The translations under genes and the position numbers were made by a program. DNA of 63,949 nt, the filler included, from Choristocarpus tenellus KU-1152 (lineage: Eukaryota > Protista > Phaeophyceae): assembly GCA_964200185.2 (NCBI GenBank). It is 12 parts of 12 records of this genome, joined end to end, with 100 filler letters (N's around TTAATTAATTAA, not from the genome) between each part and the next. Parts side by side here need not be neighbours in the genome. Positions count along the whole stretch, not along the records: positions 7,877 to 18,967 come from CAXNAD020002512.1; positions 19,068 to 23,905 come from CAXNAD020012862.1; positions 24,006 to 27,048 come from CAXNAD020022738.1; 9 more parts are not named here. One strand, written 5' to 3'. This document shows positions 11,939 to 25,928 of this stretch, in pieces. A model generated the notes under the pieces. That model was given only the letters and a program-made list of their open reading frames with translations, ran no database searches and was not told where the DNA came from. How positions within the stretch are numbered: position 1 is the stretch's first letter; every line of letters starts with the position of its first letter.

Positions 11939-14900
11939 TAAGGGTTTTTCTCGAGCTCGACCATCTCTCACTGGAACTTCTACGGGGTCCACGGAATTCA
12001 ACGAATATTTATTTCCTAACAAGCACGAGGAGTGGGGAAGATGGGGGAATGGCTTGTAGAATATTAGTTCACTGTGAGTGATCTGGGCTGTATCTCTAAA
12101 ACTGTCGTCGGAAAAGATGGTGACGAAGGATTGCTTGCGCCACTGCACTCGATATATACCATACCATCGACTACAGTGAGGTGGCAGGGAATTGCGTCAC
12201 GCACAATTGCTGCCCTGGTTAACAGTTGTCCTGTATGAGACCGAATTGCGGCCCAACTTATCCATGAGATTGCACTTGATCAGACGACCAAACCATTCGT
12301 CAGACACTAGAGATTATGTAGGTCACAGAATCGACAATTGTGATCAGGATCAAAGCATCGACTTGAGATACACATAGGGTCGCATATTTTGCTGCAATAG
12401 CGAACACAGCTGCCCAATGGCATTGGCAGTGAAATACAGAAGCCGACTACGATGTGGTATGGAGAACACTTCATTCAACGTCCACTAACTGGTTGTTCTG
12501 GCAAGTACTGGTAACGTCAAGCTAACTGTGGGATCACCTTAAGTGGAGCCTGATCTGTGTCACCATGGTGTGTCGAGGGTTTCGAGGAAGGAGAGGAAGA
12601 AGCAGAAGTTGAGCCTGGGGCTTCGATAACACACATACTTGCCATAGGATGACACGACTGATAAGTTGTTAGTCCAGGGACTCGACAAGGAAGGGATCCA
12701 GGTACACAATCAGAAAGTTTGAAGGATGTATTCCAATAGCTGGAAGAGTGTTTTTGACATTGTCTCTGTGATCCGCCCATGCCTCATTTCCAGATTCCCA
12801 GTGGAAACTTTAGACATAGCGTGGCTATTCTGATCAACATATCAATATTGCACCATGGGGGGATGGGTGACCAAGTCGAACCATTCTCTGTGGCAAATAT
12901 ATTTTCCTGTGCGTGGGACGGTGAGGTTGTGAAAGATGCATACGTACATAGTATTTTTCATAGAGGAAGTGTACTTGCATATATTGGTCCTCGACGTTGT
13001 CTCTTGGTTGCACTCTTGCTTAACATTTATCATAATTGGGGGAAAAGCACCGATTGTGGACCTTCAGTTTCTTGGTAGTTTCCAAAACGGCGGAAAATGA
13101 TATACACTGTTCCAACGAACTTCCTACGGTTCTGAAATATACCACGAACCATGAACCATTATGATATAGAACATCAAATTTGACTCCTCACATCAATCGG
13201 GACAACATTAAATATATAGTATAATTTGAAATAAAGATTGAATAGGAGAATATAAAATAATAGAAAAATAGTAGTTCAAAATATGTATCTACAATGTTCT
13301 ATGAAAGGAATGTGCTAGAAGTTTCAAACATGGTTCACATCGGATTTATTTTGAAGGAAATGTCGTTTCCATGTTTCCACAACCACGTCGGCACAACGGA
13401 AAGAATGGAAAAGGTATAAGTTATTTTACCTGCCCTATTACCATCCTTAATGCGTAGTGGTTAGTGGAGGCTGTTCCCTACATGGATTTCATTGGTTCCA
13501 ACATTCCCACCCCACACTCACCCCACACTCACCCCACTATCATATGATACACACAAATTCAGAGAAATAACACCATTCAGAACAATAATCATGACGACGT
13601 ATCCACTCCATGACAAGTACATTATCAACTGTTGGTACGTTACAATAGGCATACTCCTTCTAAAGATATGTTCCCACAAGACGAATTATAGTGGGGAGAG
13701 GTCAGTGTAAGGTTTGTTATGAAGAGTAGACAGACCCTGTTGGACATGCAAATGCCAGGAATCCGTCGAGCACAACCCTAACACAGGTCGAAATGGAGAG
13801 GCATTCCATACCGTAGTTGATACAATACGATAGGAGAACATGACTTCCTACCACATGTTGGCATCTACTATGTCTACAATACGACGTAATCCCTCAGAAA
13901 TTTAGGTGATCTTTTTTTAGCGAGTGTGACCAACCAGCACTACTGTTACTAGTAGCCCTTGTGAAGACAATATTATTTTGAGAATTTTGAGGGAACATTC
14001 CTGCCTGTCACTCTCCCTGAAATGACAATTATATTGTGTTGAGAGAATCTAGAAAAATTGCTATCCACCCACGATCTTTACGCCTATTCATTAATTTCGT
14101 TTTCTGAACAATAATTTTATATGATATATATAATATTTTAGAATGATTCTGGTTCCGATTATGTGGCAACCATTGCGGAGTGTACACCTATATATGTTGT
14201 ATTATATCCTGTACTTGTGATTGTGTAAACTAGGACAGTGGAAAGTAGTTGCTTTATTGCGAAGAATATAAGGAAATGTTGCTATACAGCAAGAAAAAAT
14301 AGACTAAATCCGAACAAGGTCCAGGTTTTTGTATTCCTGCATCCCATCTGGATCGACGTGGACGAATGAGAGGATGCGAAGAATGCGAAGAATGCCAATA
14401 ATGCCAAGAAAGCAACTGACACCTGAAGACCGCAGAATCCTGTCACAGTATCACAGCGTCGGAACAACTGCTTCTTCTTTAGTTGGAGTTCGTAATGAGT
14501 GTTGCTAGTAGTCAAGGAGTACAGGTGTATCATATTAGACATTAATTCCTTATTTATTTTTCATTGTTGTCGTAACTACTGCACACCAAGGATTATGGAG
14601 AGAACAGACTACTTGTTTCTTTGATGTATTACTTGTATAACCAACGGGCAAGGTTGCTGGTTGTTGTGTTCGTCGTACATGTACTCCTTGTATCTCTCAT
14701 ATATCTTCTCTCCTAGAATATCTCAATAATGTCTTTGGCTCTGAAAAATACTTTTCTGGCGTAATCGTTTCAAAATCTCACGAAAGATCCCTCTTCGATA
14801 CCCCTCACCGATATATTCCGCCTTTCAAAAAAAGAAACACGGTCAATCCTGCCTCAGATATTTCAGGAGATGGTGCTTTCTGTTAGTGGAGAAAGGACAC

Positions 14901-15959
14901 ACAAAAAATGAGTCGCTAGGGTCCCTGAACACCTTGGGAGCCATTTCCCTCATAGCAAAATGTGTTGCGCACCTTGTTTGCTGACAATTTAATCAAAAGT
15001 ATCAAAATAGCCTTTGCCAACTTAATTTTTACTGATAGTGTGGGACTATCTCAACCTGTGGTGATCAGAGAAAAACACACTGCACCACCGCTCAGGCCAA
15101 TACTGGAGTGTTCTTATTCTAACTGCCTACTGCAGTAGTACGACAAATGCAATCACACCACTCATTGCTCCGTTTCCTCCCTCGGAATATTTTGCTAGAC
15201 GTCGCTTAGCATCAATCCGCAATGAAACCTTGCTACCGCGTTTCTTAGTGTGGCGTTTTTTTGTACAGTGCAGCGACAGGTAGGATTGTTCAAGTGTACA
15301 AGCCATACTGCTTTCCACATGGACTTTGGAAGACCAAAAACATATATCGATGAAAAGAAGCTGTGAAAATCTTGCAGGGAACAGTCTCCATTTAACACTG
15401 AGTGAGCCGCGAGGGTGCTCACCACCTATCTAGCTAGTCGCACAGTCATTTCGTGTTGGGGGTCCCTATATTTGCGCATCTGGAAAGATATACAATAATC
15501 TTAGAGAGGGGTAAATTTATAATCTTTTTAGATGTTGGACGCTTTCATAATCTTTTGCCTGACATCCAATTTCCAATCACTGAAATGCAGGTTCCCTCCT
15601 CGTGAGATTATGGCTGTATAAGAGGAAAATAAGAATCCGTTGACATAGCGAAAAATCGCCCTCTAGAGTGCCAGAGCCTCATGTGCGTATGTGCGATGTA
15701 TGTACTAGAGGCACACACACAGGCGCACAAATTCTCAAAAACACCCCCTTCGAATAAAATAAGTAGGCTCAAAAGCACGAGGAAAATATGCAATCAGCAC
15801 TCCATCCCAACCCATTTATAAATTGAAAACAAAACTAGAACGGGTAGCCCACGTAGATGTGGGTTCTTACCTCCATGGGATCACAATATTAGGGACAAAC
15901 ACAACAACAGATATTTCCACAAGACTCATTCATTTCTATGATATTGGTTCAATCCCCAG

Positions 15960-17330
15960 GTGTCTCACCTGAGTTAGATCATAGCAATTAAGTGGGGATG
16001 GCACTTGCTCATTATGGAGACACTAGTTATGGAGTGAAAGGGTGATGAGAAAGATTGAAGTCGAAGGGTGGGTATTTTGTGGTTTTGAATCAAATCCCAA
16101 TTCTGAGTTCTACTGTGAGTGGTGCGTTTTGTCCAGCGACTATATCTTCATATGATTGGTTGGGTTCACAGCTTCATGGGGTCGAATTTTTGGTCAAGTA
16201 GGTTGAATCTTGGTTGGGTAACACTTTGATAGGGCCAAGATGAACCATGGTTTAATTTGCAGGAGGTGTGGTAGCCATCCTTGTATGTGTTGTTGATGCG
16301 GATCAATGATGAACTTGGTGATCTTCCACAGTTGTAGAATCAATTTTTAAGTCGGATTGTGTTTTGTGCAAAATGACACTTCAGATTTCTGCACAAGACC
16401 AACAAAATCGTTCATTCGTCTGATATGTAAAGCAATTGTGTGACCTCCATCTCTAGTCAAGCTAATTCCAAGGAAAGGGGAGGATGCAAGCGTGAACAAA
16501 ACACACCCTCGCAACCACCAAAATCGCTAACAATACCAAGGAATCAGGGCTTGATCATGACTTGATTAGAGGCAGAAGAATGAGGATCCCGGAAGGTGGA
16601 TACAAGAAGAGAAACGACTCCAACCACAAAATTCCGTTCCACTTTGCAATAAGGCCATCTCTTAGACAATGTTTTAGGCCTTGTATATATGGGGTTTGGG
16701 ATTTTGTGCGCTGTGCACGTGAGGAAGGACCTACCAGAAGTCTGAAGGAAAAAATATTCGTTGATGATACCAATATCCACGGGTTGCTCCTGCACCATTG
16801 ACACCTCCCATTCCAGTAAAAACGTAAAGCATTCTATATTTTTTCCTTCCGATTTATCGTATGTCCTTCTTCACATTCAATTCACGAAAGCAAAACCCCA
16901 TACAGACACCGCCTTACTGCTTAACAAGGTAGATGTGGACGTGAGGAACAACTAGTTAGGAGAAATAGGAAGGAATTAATATAACATGATTAATGGTGAA
17001 GTCAACATCCATGATATACGGTTTCAGGGAACCAAATATAAATTCGTCAACATCTGCGGGATGGGCAACAGATCCACCGATTAGCTTCGAATGAGTCGGT
17101 GGTGGTGTAGCTCCCCGTCATTTCTCCACACACTGTTACCATAAGCAAGAAGGTCCCCTAGTTGCTAAGGGGCCATCCTGGAGGGGGGAGAAATGGGACT
17201 GCATTTGGTTGCCATTTCCTGCACAAAGAGGGGCACAATCGGGTGAAATAAAGCACTTCTAGTGCTGGACTCTAAAGGCTAGCCTTAACCCGAGTTTCAC
17301 ACCAGAGTCCAGTCTCTACCCTTTGTAGAA
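15960..17330 (-). mobile_element. Decayed Ty3/Gypsy pol relic (protease-RT region)
   Basis: Fragments HKIPNPIYTRP...VGVV..S.FRDPHSS..IKP resemble the HxI...PI..RP/SP..SP..V.K.D start of Gypsy RT, followed by an RM..GL-like remnant. Multiple frameshifts. Confidence 0.4.
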
Positions 17331-18134
17331 CTCCCCTTCAGAATGCAGGTTAAACTCTCCACAAAAATATCAAATCCCCATATACATTCGTGTTAATAGA
17401 GATTGTGCACACGTAGACAGGTTGAGTAACATCTTCCCATACCCCCCATTAGAAATGCTACCTGCCCTTCATTTAATAGTGGGTAGTGGCACCGTACTGG
17501 GTACTGGCCACTGAATACGGGGCAGCTCCAATCAACACCCATCGCTCCTGAGTGCAACAGGTTTCTGATGAGAAGCAGAGATATTTTAGTCTCAGAATTT
17601 TCGACCCAACGATTTCTTGTAGTGATGTGAATCGAAAGCATTGTTCATGAGTGCAAGTTAAACCAAGTCGAAAAATTTCAATGTACTCGAAAATAACAGA
17701 ACTGTGTGCGAAGCGCAAAGAGAGAGGCATGGATCTCCGCAATGCAAAAAGTCCTCCACGTCGCGATGCACCGTGTTGGTGGGGAAGGTTTTGGGATACT
17801 CTTCATTACCGTGCTCTTTTCCCCCACTACTACACATTCATTAATGCGATGTCTAACTACTGGGTGTATCTTCTGCAGAGAAGAACAATAGACTGAAGAA
17901 TTGTCAGTATATCATGGAATTCACCATACAACCTTGTTAAGACACTGCCGATTAATTGGTGTTATGAACCACGATATTTATCAGCTTCAGTACAATGATT
18001 GAGGATAACCGAGATGATAGATGAAAAAGTTCGGTTTCAGGTTATTCAATATGTCGATCGTAATCACACAGTTGTGTCACACAACCAGGTGCCTTCATCA
18101 CCACAACGTGTCTCTACTCACTACAACTCAAACA

Positions 18135-18967
18135 TTTATTATTATGCCTTCTGACATTTTGCAGGTGTGTCAGGGGAAAAAAAATGAAAACTGTTCGCAT
18201 GTCAGAAAAATCCCTAACGAAGTAACAGTTGTGTCACAAATGTGAAAAGCATTCATTTGCTGTTTTACTACCATCTATGTTGTACCACTGCCTTCCTGTG
18301 TCTTAAACCTACCTGTTCCTGCAACCCAGCATTCCAAGAATCTAACAAGCCCCTCCTTGCCCACCTCCATGGTGACTCCAGCTTTAAACGCATGATACGT
18401 CTAGACAGGACTACCTGCGTTGTTACGGAGACTATTTATCGTAGGCGGGATTTGATCGCCCCTTTCCTGCAATAGCCTCCAGTTCCTCTCCCCTCTACCG
18501 TGTGTGTAGCTAGGACATCTAGGAAAGGTTTCACTTGCTTGCCGAGGCGCCCAAAACTCTCCACCGCGAAGGTGTTGAGGTTATAACTACGAGGATCAAG
18601 AGAGCCCTCGTAGTGGGTGCACTTTCTCACCTCAGCTGCAGCAGCAGCTACACCATTGCTGGTGGATGAGTGTGAAAGGTGGGAGGTCGCCTGCACTTCT
18701 ACAAACGTAACATCTAGCAGGAGGTCCTTTGTTCCGGTAGGGGGCTGATCCTTCGCCCGCGAGTGCCCCTGCATGGAAGACTAGATCCATGCGTAAATTC
18801 CTGTCTACAGTGAAGGGGCTACCATCCTCCGTAGTGCAAGGGATGTCCATCCCCTTGCATAGTTGACTTAGACGTTTCACTATAGGGGTGTGTTGTCGCA
18901 CCTGGCCTCCTGCCCTGGGGCAGGTACGGGCATGTCTGTTCTCAACATTTTGCCTCCTGCTCCCAGT
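18135..18967 (-). mobile_element. 3' end of an RLE-bearing (CRE/R2-type) non-LTR retrotransposon, with 3' UTR and (TAA)n tail
   Basis: Overlapping ORFs 18632-18901 and 18436-18774 give RQH..IV..L...TE...RMDLV...LLLDVT...AAEVRK..HY...FAVESFGRLG, the restriction-like endonuclease C-terminus. One frameshift. The element ends in ...GAAGGCATAATAAT. Confidence 0.78.
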
Positions 18968-19746
18968 NNNNNNNNNNNNNNNNNNNNNNNNNNNNNNNNN
19001 NNNNNNNNNNNTTAATTAATTAANNNNNNNNNNNNNNNNNNNNNNNNNNNNNNNNNNNNNNNNNNNNCGTTAAAAAGAGCCACAACATTTACAAAAAAAA
19101 ACATATGGGTACTTTCCACGCACCATTTTAGGTCAAACCCATCCTCCATAGCATGCTCTATCCTCAATTTTGGTTAGAGGCTGTTCTTTGAGAAAAGGCA
19201 AAAAGTACCAAAAAAGAAAAATAATGTTTTTTCGTGGTTGATGTTTAATAAAGACTTCCTTCAACACCTTGTAACATCCTTGGTCACAACTCATTCGGTG
19301 AATGAGGACACCCATGTTGTATTATTATGCCTTCTGATATTTTGCAGAGAATTTGTTAAGGAAAAAGACAAACCAAAATTTCAAGGACTCCTGTAAAAAT
19401 GACATTTGGCAAAATGTAAAAAGATGCCTCTCCAAAAATTATTTACTACTTGAACACTACCTACTATACAACAATGCTCCCTTACAGGTTACCAATTACG
19501 GTGCAATTGTGTAAACTGATGCTGTAATGGCTATAACCTAGCTTAGCTCTACTAAGAAAGGTGGGCGAGGAGCTAGGGAAGGATCCTGAGAATCTGACAG
19601 GTCCCTTTTCTTGCCCATCTGACGGGTGTCTAGCTCGAAACGGACAAAATGTTGTGTGGTATATATTTACTCATAATTATTACTCGTCATACACTACGCC
19701 AGAGATTATCTTGGCGCGTGGTGAGAGGAACAACACATTCCACTGC

Positions 19747-20117
19747 GAGTGAAAGTATCGTAGAGGGTACGAGTTTTGCCCTGTTTGTCCATTAGGGGCT
19801 TGGCTTCACACTTTTTCTTTATGACTTTTTACCTACTCCAAAATGTTTCGGAGTAGAGTGAAAGTATCTTAGAGGGTGCTCTTGCCATATTTGTCCCTTT
19901 GGGGCTTGGCTTCCCATGTTTTTTTAGTGACATTTTAACTACTACTCCAAAATGTTTCGGATTATTAGGTAAAATGTATACGCCATGAAAAGGTGTGCCT
20001 AGAACAAGGATATTGACACTTCCTAACAAACAAGATAGCAAAAATTACATCAAAATCGCAACGTTGAATCTTGACCCCCAAATGGACGTGACCCTACCCT
20101 CCAAGATACTTTGGCTC
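19747..20117. mobile_element. MITE family A copy with a duplicated left arm (second terminus at 19856)
   Basis: Termini GAGTGAAAGTATC...AGATACTTTGGCTC; flanks CTGC/CTAC. Confidence 0.85.
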
Positions 20118-20190
20118 CTACTTCTCATCATATACTAACTACTAATTGTTGCACTACGACAAACTGTACACCTTCTTTTCCCATCTTACT

Positions 20191-20379
20191 AGTTCAAAGT
20201 ATCTGGAGGGGGGGGGGTGATGGCTATCCATTGGGTCCCATTTTTCCATGTCGCGATATTTGGGTGATTTGGTTGCACGTGTCGGATGGATAATGTAAGT
20301 GCACTTCGCTTGGTCGGGGCCCGAATGGACACCCTGGTGTAGAACCCCCCCCCACCCCGCGCCCCAGATACTTTGAGCC
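20191..20379. mobile_element. MITE family B copy (~185 bp)
   Basis: Termini (A/G)GTTCAAAGTATCTGG...CCAGATACTTTGAGCC with flanks ACT/ACT. The interior matches copies at 27302, 39104 and 42364. Confidence 0.85.
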
Positions 20380-20967
20380 ACTTCTCGCGCTTTGGGTTTA
20401 GTATATCCACCAGTTATCGCTCCGTCTCGACCCTCAAATCTTTCGCTACTCTAAGCCCAAGCTTTTCCTTTGATACTTGGTCCTGCGTTTTTCCAGTACG
20501 GATAACGAAAATGGGATACACTACTGGTTCTGTAGCACAATAGTTGTAAAAATATTGGAATTATGATAGCCATCTTCCAACTAAGCTGTACCTTTAAGGT
20601 GACCTTCCTAGAGAAGATACACTTAATGATCTGTTGCCTCGTATGACTTCTAACATAATTGAACCATATTTTATTGAAAAGAATTTCCGATCATCGGTGT
20701 CGAATTTTCTTCTTTCAATCTCAATATATTACAATCAAGAACAAATAGAGGGTGAATTTATTGTTGACCCTTTAACACATATTTAAACAAACATATTATT
20801 GAACTTGTGACGTTACTTGTTGAGCATTTATTATGAGAGGATGAGATTGTGATCAAGAAGAAACAGGGGGAGGAACGAGACAAGGATGTCCAACGACAGG
20901 TGGACCAGGGAATGCAGAAAACAACAAGCTCTGCAGGTTAGGATTTTCCTCTTCTTGGGGTACAGCT

Positions 20968-21330
20968 CGACGTTGGGTTAGGGTGGTGGGTCCACTGTGT
21001 GGGAGTCAAAAAGGAAAAATAGTATGTGTTGGTCAAGTCATTACCAAGAAAGAATAGTGTCCAGTGGGGGCATATTGTGCTCCATACCTCTCCAAACCTT
21101 GGAAAACTGTATTTCGTTGGATATATGATTTGGCAATTTCTACCTATTTCTTGAATTACAACTGGACGTTGGGTTAGGGTGGTGGATCCACGGTATATTG
21201 TATCTGGTTGGTCATGCCATTACCAAGACAGAATCATATACGGTGGGGGCATCTTGTACTCCATACCTCTGCAAACCTTGGAAAACAGTATTTCGTTGGA
21301 TGTTATGATTGGCAATTTCTACTCTTATTT
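20968..21330. repeat. Diverged direct duplication (~170-195 bp x2)
   Basis: GACGTTGGGTTAGGGTGGTGG...CATTACCAAGA...CTCCATACCTCT.CAAACCTTGGAAAAC.GTATTTCGTTGGAT...GGCAATTTCTAC occurs at about 20968 and again at about 21164. Confidence 0.85.
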
Positions 21331-21499
21331 TCCTCCCCGAGATACAGGACGCAAAGAGTTGATGGTTGACTTGCGATCCACTAGAAATGACCACAGGAGA
21401 TCCCCTCCAACGGTAGGTACATGGTACATGAAGTTATACTTGTTTCATAGAGAATGCCGAACAAGAAGAACTCGGGAAAAGAGATGGATCCAAGAGGCA

Positions 21500-21863
21500 C
21501 TTACTTTTTCTCGTGCCTGTTCTTTCTCTTGGACGTTCCCTTCCATCAAATACTTCACAGCACCACTACGACGTGCGACTACGACCGCAACCTGTGGGCT
21601 CACCCAGGGTGAGAATTCTTGCTTTACTCCTTCTCGTCATCTTCCCAAACACCCTATTTGCCACAGCTGCGAGGAGAGCTGAAAATGCTGCAAGAGAACC
21701 GCCATTGTTTTTTTACATGTATGGGCCTGATACGCCGGATCTGCAGCCCATCTTTGCCCGTCCTCCTAAGAGTAGGATCAGGAGTCAGTGCTATACGGGT
21801 GGATGGGAGGGGTTGCACATTGCCTACTGGGTGAGTGAACCTGTAATAACCCTCGTACCATGA
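21500..21863 (+). mobile_element. Possible hAT transposase C-terminal (dimerisation) relic
   Basis: FFYMYGPDTPDLQPIFAR, followed in a shifted frame by GSGVSAI, resembles WW..YG..TP.LQ..A..L...SAS.ER. Confidence 0.3.
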
Positions 21864-24244
21864 GTTTCATTTTGGGTTGTGTTCACATCACAGTTCAAGA
21901 GTGTTTCCACAAACCCAGCACAGGCTGAATCGGCATTTGTTTTGGTCGTAGTTGCCAAAAGGCTTATTTTCGGCTTTCTTCTTAGGTGTCGTTTTTGTAT
22001 GCCCTCTTCAAGACAGTTATCGTGATGTTGTTACATCAACTCTTCCTATCCCCGAGAGCATGGTCACCTTCACTACAAGCCCCCCCCCCCCCCCCACCCC
22101 TTCCCCCCTTTTGTGTTTTTCCCCTGATACCCATCCGGNNNNNNNNNNCCCCCCCCCCCTTGACCCTTCCTCCTAATCGATTATTCCCACTAGGATACAT
22201 CCAGGGAATGGCATCGGATTCTCCTTGCGCATCCTTGGAGGACTTCAAATCCAGAGGAGGCGAACCTGTTTGTTTTGACCTTTGACTTCACAGAGTCAGC
22301 CGCGGTGGGAGATTGCTTTGGGGAAACTCACCGGGACAGAGTGGTGAAGGTCGTAGACGCTCTGTGGTCCAGCGAGTGGTACCAGCGGAACCATGGTAGG
22401 GACCACTTTTGGCCGGTGAGCTTAAACTCTTATTGCCAATACTAGCACCAAACATAGTTGATTGGGTTGATTTCTTGTGTTGCAAGCAATCCCTGCCACT
22501 GACCTAGAAGGACTCCTACTGTGAGATAATAACCCTAACCCTGCCACTGATAATGTGCGACATTAACTCGATGCCGTTTGAATAAAAACAAACTTTCAAA
22601 TGTAGTTAGTATTTACAGGGTTAGGGACCAACAGATCGTTCCCTGCGTTGCCACCGATACTATGTGGTACATTACTTCAACCGTCATTCTATTGTGCACT
22701 CACGATAATGGATATCAAGAACACTGTGTGCCTGAAGGAATTATTATTATTATTATTATTATTATTATTGTGTTTGGCCTACCTGCGTTTAGAAGGGAAT
22801 GAACTATACTTAAGCCTCTCTCCCCAAAAACCCAGGAGGGGGGAGAGAAACTGGTGTTTGAAATCTCAAAATTTTTCAAAAAATAAAAAAATAAAAAAAT
22901 AAAACTAGGAGGATTGTGGGTGAGTTTAAATCTCAAGATATTTCGTGGGGTCATTATGTCGAGTGGGGGAAGTCTCTCCTGAGACATCCCCAACAAGTTA
23001 TGTCAACTCCTTCAACTTCCGAGAGAGAGAGAAAAAAAATCCACCAACAGCTGTGGGAATAAAAAAATTGAGGCAACGCCTTCCAAAGACTACAAACGGT
23101 TCTCTTCAGCCTTTCATTTTCGTTTGTTTGTTTGTTTGTTTGTTTAGATGTGTACCTACTTCCTATCTTGCTTTTGGAGAGTGGACAAGAATCACATAGC
23201 GGGGGTAGTACCCCTCCCCTCCAAGGATTATATATAGAGCACCAGTGCTTACCAAAAAATTCCCAAATCGACCTGGAAAGATTTTTTTTTACAATTTTTT
23301 TTTGCAATTTTTTATCATTTTTTTAGTGTGATCGCCCCTGCCACGAAGGGGTTTGAAACTTGTGAAGCTGCCTGCCTTGCCTTGCCTGCCTGCCTGCCTG
23401 CATTGATCGCCCGAGGTCACCAGGGCCCGTTTTTTTTGTTTTTCTGTGCAAAAGATGAGATCAGTTCTGTTCTGTTGTTTTAATTGCTGCACAATGGGGG
23501 GGAGGATGGGATGTCTTGTGAACTTTTTGAGGGTTAGGGCTGATTGCCTACGTTGGGACATCCGATATCTCGTTTGAATTTTTTTTTATGCTTTGATCGT
23601 TTGAAATTTTTTATTCTGGTTTTTGATGCTGCAACGCTCTGCACAGTGTAGTTAGTAGGTAGGATATTTCGAAGTTTCTTGAGGAAGAATCTATTTTCTG
23701 ATCCGAATTATCCCGATATGTTTTGAATACATATAAATATAAATATAAATATTCATGTATGTTTCTCGCATTATAAAATTTTTAAAATATATATATATTA
23801 TTAAAATTAATACTGCCGTGAGAAGAGATTGAAATTTTTTTTTTTTTTTTCGGAACAAAAAATAAGATTTTTTTTTTCTCGGGTCTGTAACGCGACGTAT
23901 CTTGTNNNNNNNNNNNNNNNNNNNNNNNNNNNNNNNNNNNNNNNNNNNNTTAATTAATTAANNNNNNNNNNNNNNNNNNNNNNNNNNNNNNNNNNNNNNN
24001 NNNNNCTAACTTTGTACATCAGACATCTAGGCATGGTAACTGCAAAGTGACAGTGGCGAGTACGTTCAGATTACATTGTTCTAAGATAGGACTACTGTTC
24101 AATCATCAAGCAGGGGGGAAAATATACCGGGTACAAATAACACTGTGTACATACATCAAACCCACCTCTCCACGCCGGTGGATGCTCTTGTGTTAGGTAT
24201 GCCTTTGCAAGCGTCGATGACATGATTGGATATTCCGAACGATG

Positions 24245-24504
24245 GAGTGAAAGTATCTTAGAGGGTATGAGTTTTGCCATGTTTGTCCATTTGGGGCTTG
24301 ACTTCCCTTGGTTCTTTTTTATGACAATTTCCTACTCAGAAATATTTGGGAGCAAGTAAAATGTGTATGTTATGAAGATATGTTTCCGCAACAAGGATAT
24401 TGACACGTCCTAACATACACGATAGCCAAAATTACATCAAAATTACAACATTGGATTTTGACCCCCAAATGGACGCGGCTCTACCCTCTAAGATACTTAG
24501 GCTC
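24245..24504. mobile_element. MITE family A copy (~260 bp)
   Basis: GAGTGAAAGTATCTTAGAGGGTA...TACCCTCTAAGATACTTAGGCTC; flanks ATG/ATG. Confidence 0.88.
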
Positions 24505-25039
24505 ATGCCTTGAAAAACTGCGTACAATCGGAAATGCCAGCGGCGAGCATAGATCCGCCTCCAGGTCCCAACTTAATGGCAGGTACACAGTCACCAACGA
24601 AGTGCTTGCGATCACGGCGGTTCTCACATGCCCGGATGATGTCCTGTTCTTTGGTCAATGTGCGTGCAAGGAAGGACTCGCTATCTGCCGTGAACCTCCT
24701 CACACAGGCTAAGCGCTTGCAGCAGTCACCATGTTCGTTGACCGGGATGGGTTGAGCCCATCCTCGGCGAAGCTTGGTGCCAGTCGCTGAAGCGTCATTG
24801 GTAGAAAGCTGCAGCGCTTCATTGTTGGCGGGCTGATGAGGGGGCAACGCAGGGGGCGACACGGGCGACAAAAGCCACTCCCTTGCTGTGGAAGTAACTG
24901 TCAGGGTGTTTTCGGGCAACAAGGCAGTCTTGGGCAGTGAGAAAGTCTAGGAGTGATGAGATTCGAATCCGGGCGTACGAATGATGTTTGAGCTCCGGGC
25001 AATCCATGGGACCACCCTGAGATCCATGATCCGGAAAAT

Positions 25040-25810
25040 CCGTGCATTACGGTTTTCGGAAGTTGTAAATCCGATTATATCCGTACTTACAATTTTTTCA
25101 AATACAAAGCACATACTTCATTGATCTTGTACGCTTCCAATGTTCCGAAACCAAAATGTAAAAAAAAAACTGACACCCTCTAATTGTTGTAAGTACAAAA
25201 TCTTAAATTGTTGGACATTTGTTTTCTTAAAAATACTAGAGACAACAAAAAGCGGTTCTTGAGTTTCGGTTCGGATCACCTAAACCATTGAACACCCAAA
25301 ACACGTGCATTAGGATTTTTAGAAATAGTAAATCCAGTAAGAACCGTTCTTACAATTTTTGAAATACAAAACACCTACTTTATGGGTCTCACACGCTTCC
25401 AATGATCAGAAACTAAAAAAAAGTCACTTTCAACTGGTACCCTACAATTTATTTAAATACTAAAACCGCTTTTTGGCGACTTTAGGATTCTTTAAAATAC
25501 TAGAGACGACAAAAAGCGGTTCTAGAGTTTTAATGATCCGATCGGATCGTCTAAACCCTTGAAGACCCAAAACACGTGCGATAAGGTTTTTACGAAATAA
25601 TAATAATATTCTAATCTTTACATCAACAGTAAAAATACAAACCACATACTTAATTGATCCAATACGTTTGAAACGTGCGAAACGAAAAGGTCACAAAAAA
25701 CTGATACTCTATCTCTTTTCAATATGAAATCGTATGCTGTTCGATATTCGTATTTTTTATAACACAATTATCAACGGAAAGAGAAATCTGAGTTTTGAGG
25801 ACCGACCGAC
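25040..25810. repeat. Three diverged AT-rich tandem units of ~265-270 bp
   Basis: Units start at about 25040, 25303 and 25575 and share CGTGC.., AAATACAAA.CAC.TACTT and ACG.TT.. blocks. Units 1 and 2 also share AATACTAGAGAC.ACAAAAAGCGGTTCT and ACCCAAAACACGTGC. Confidence 0.85.
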
Positions 25811-25928
25811 CAGATGAAATAAAGCAGCACCTCCCAGCCCTCACTCCTCATTTCCATTCATTCCCTTCCGTACATACCGCGCGCACCTGTTATTTATCGA
25901 TCCCCGTCACACCCTCCCATTCTTCGCC

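Noticed and set aside
19829-20410. Short recurring ORFs such as LGSVxILVL..PFH and KWDP/NWAP
   Set aside because: Chance translations of non-coding MITE copies.
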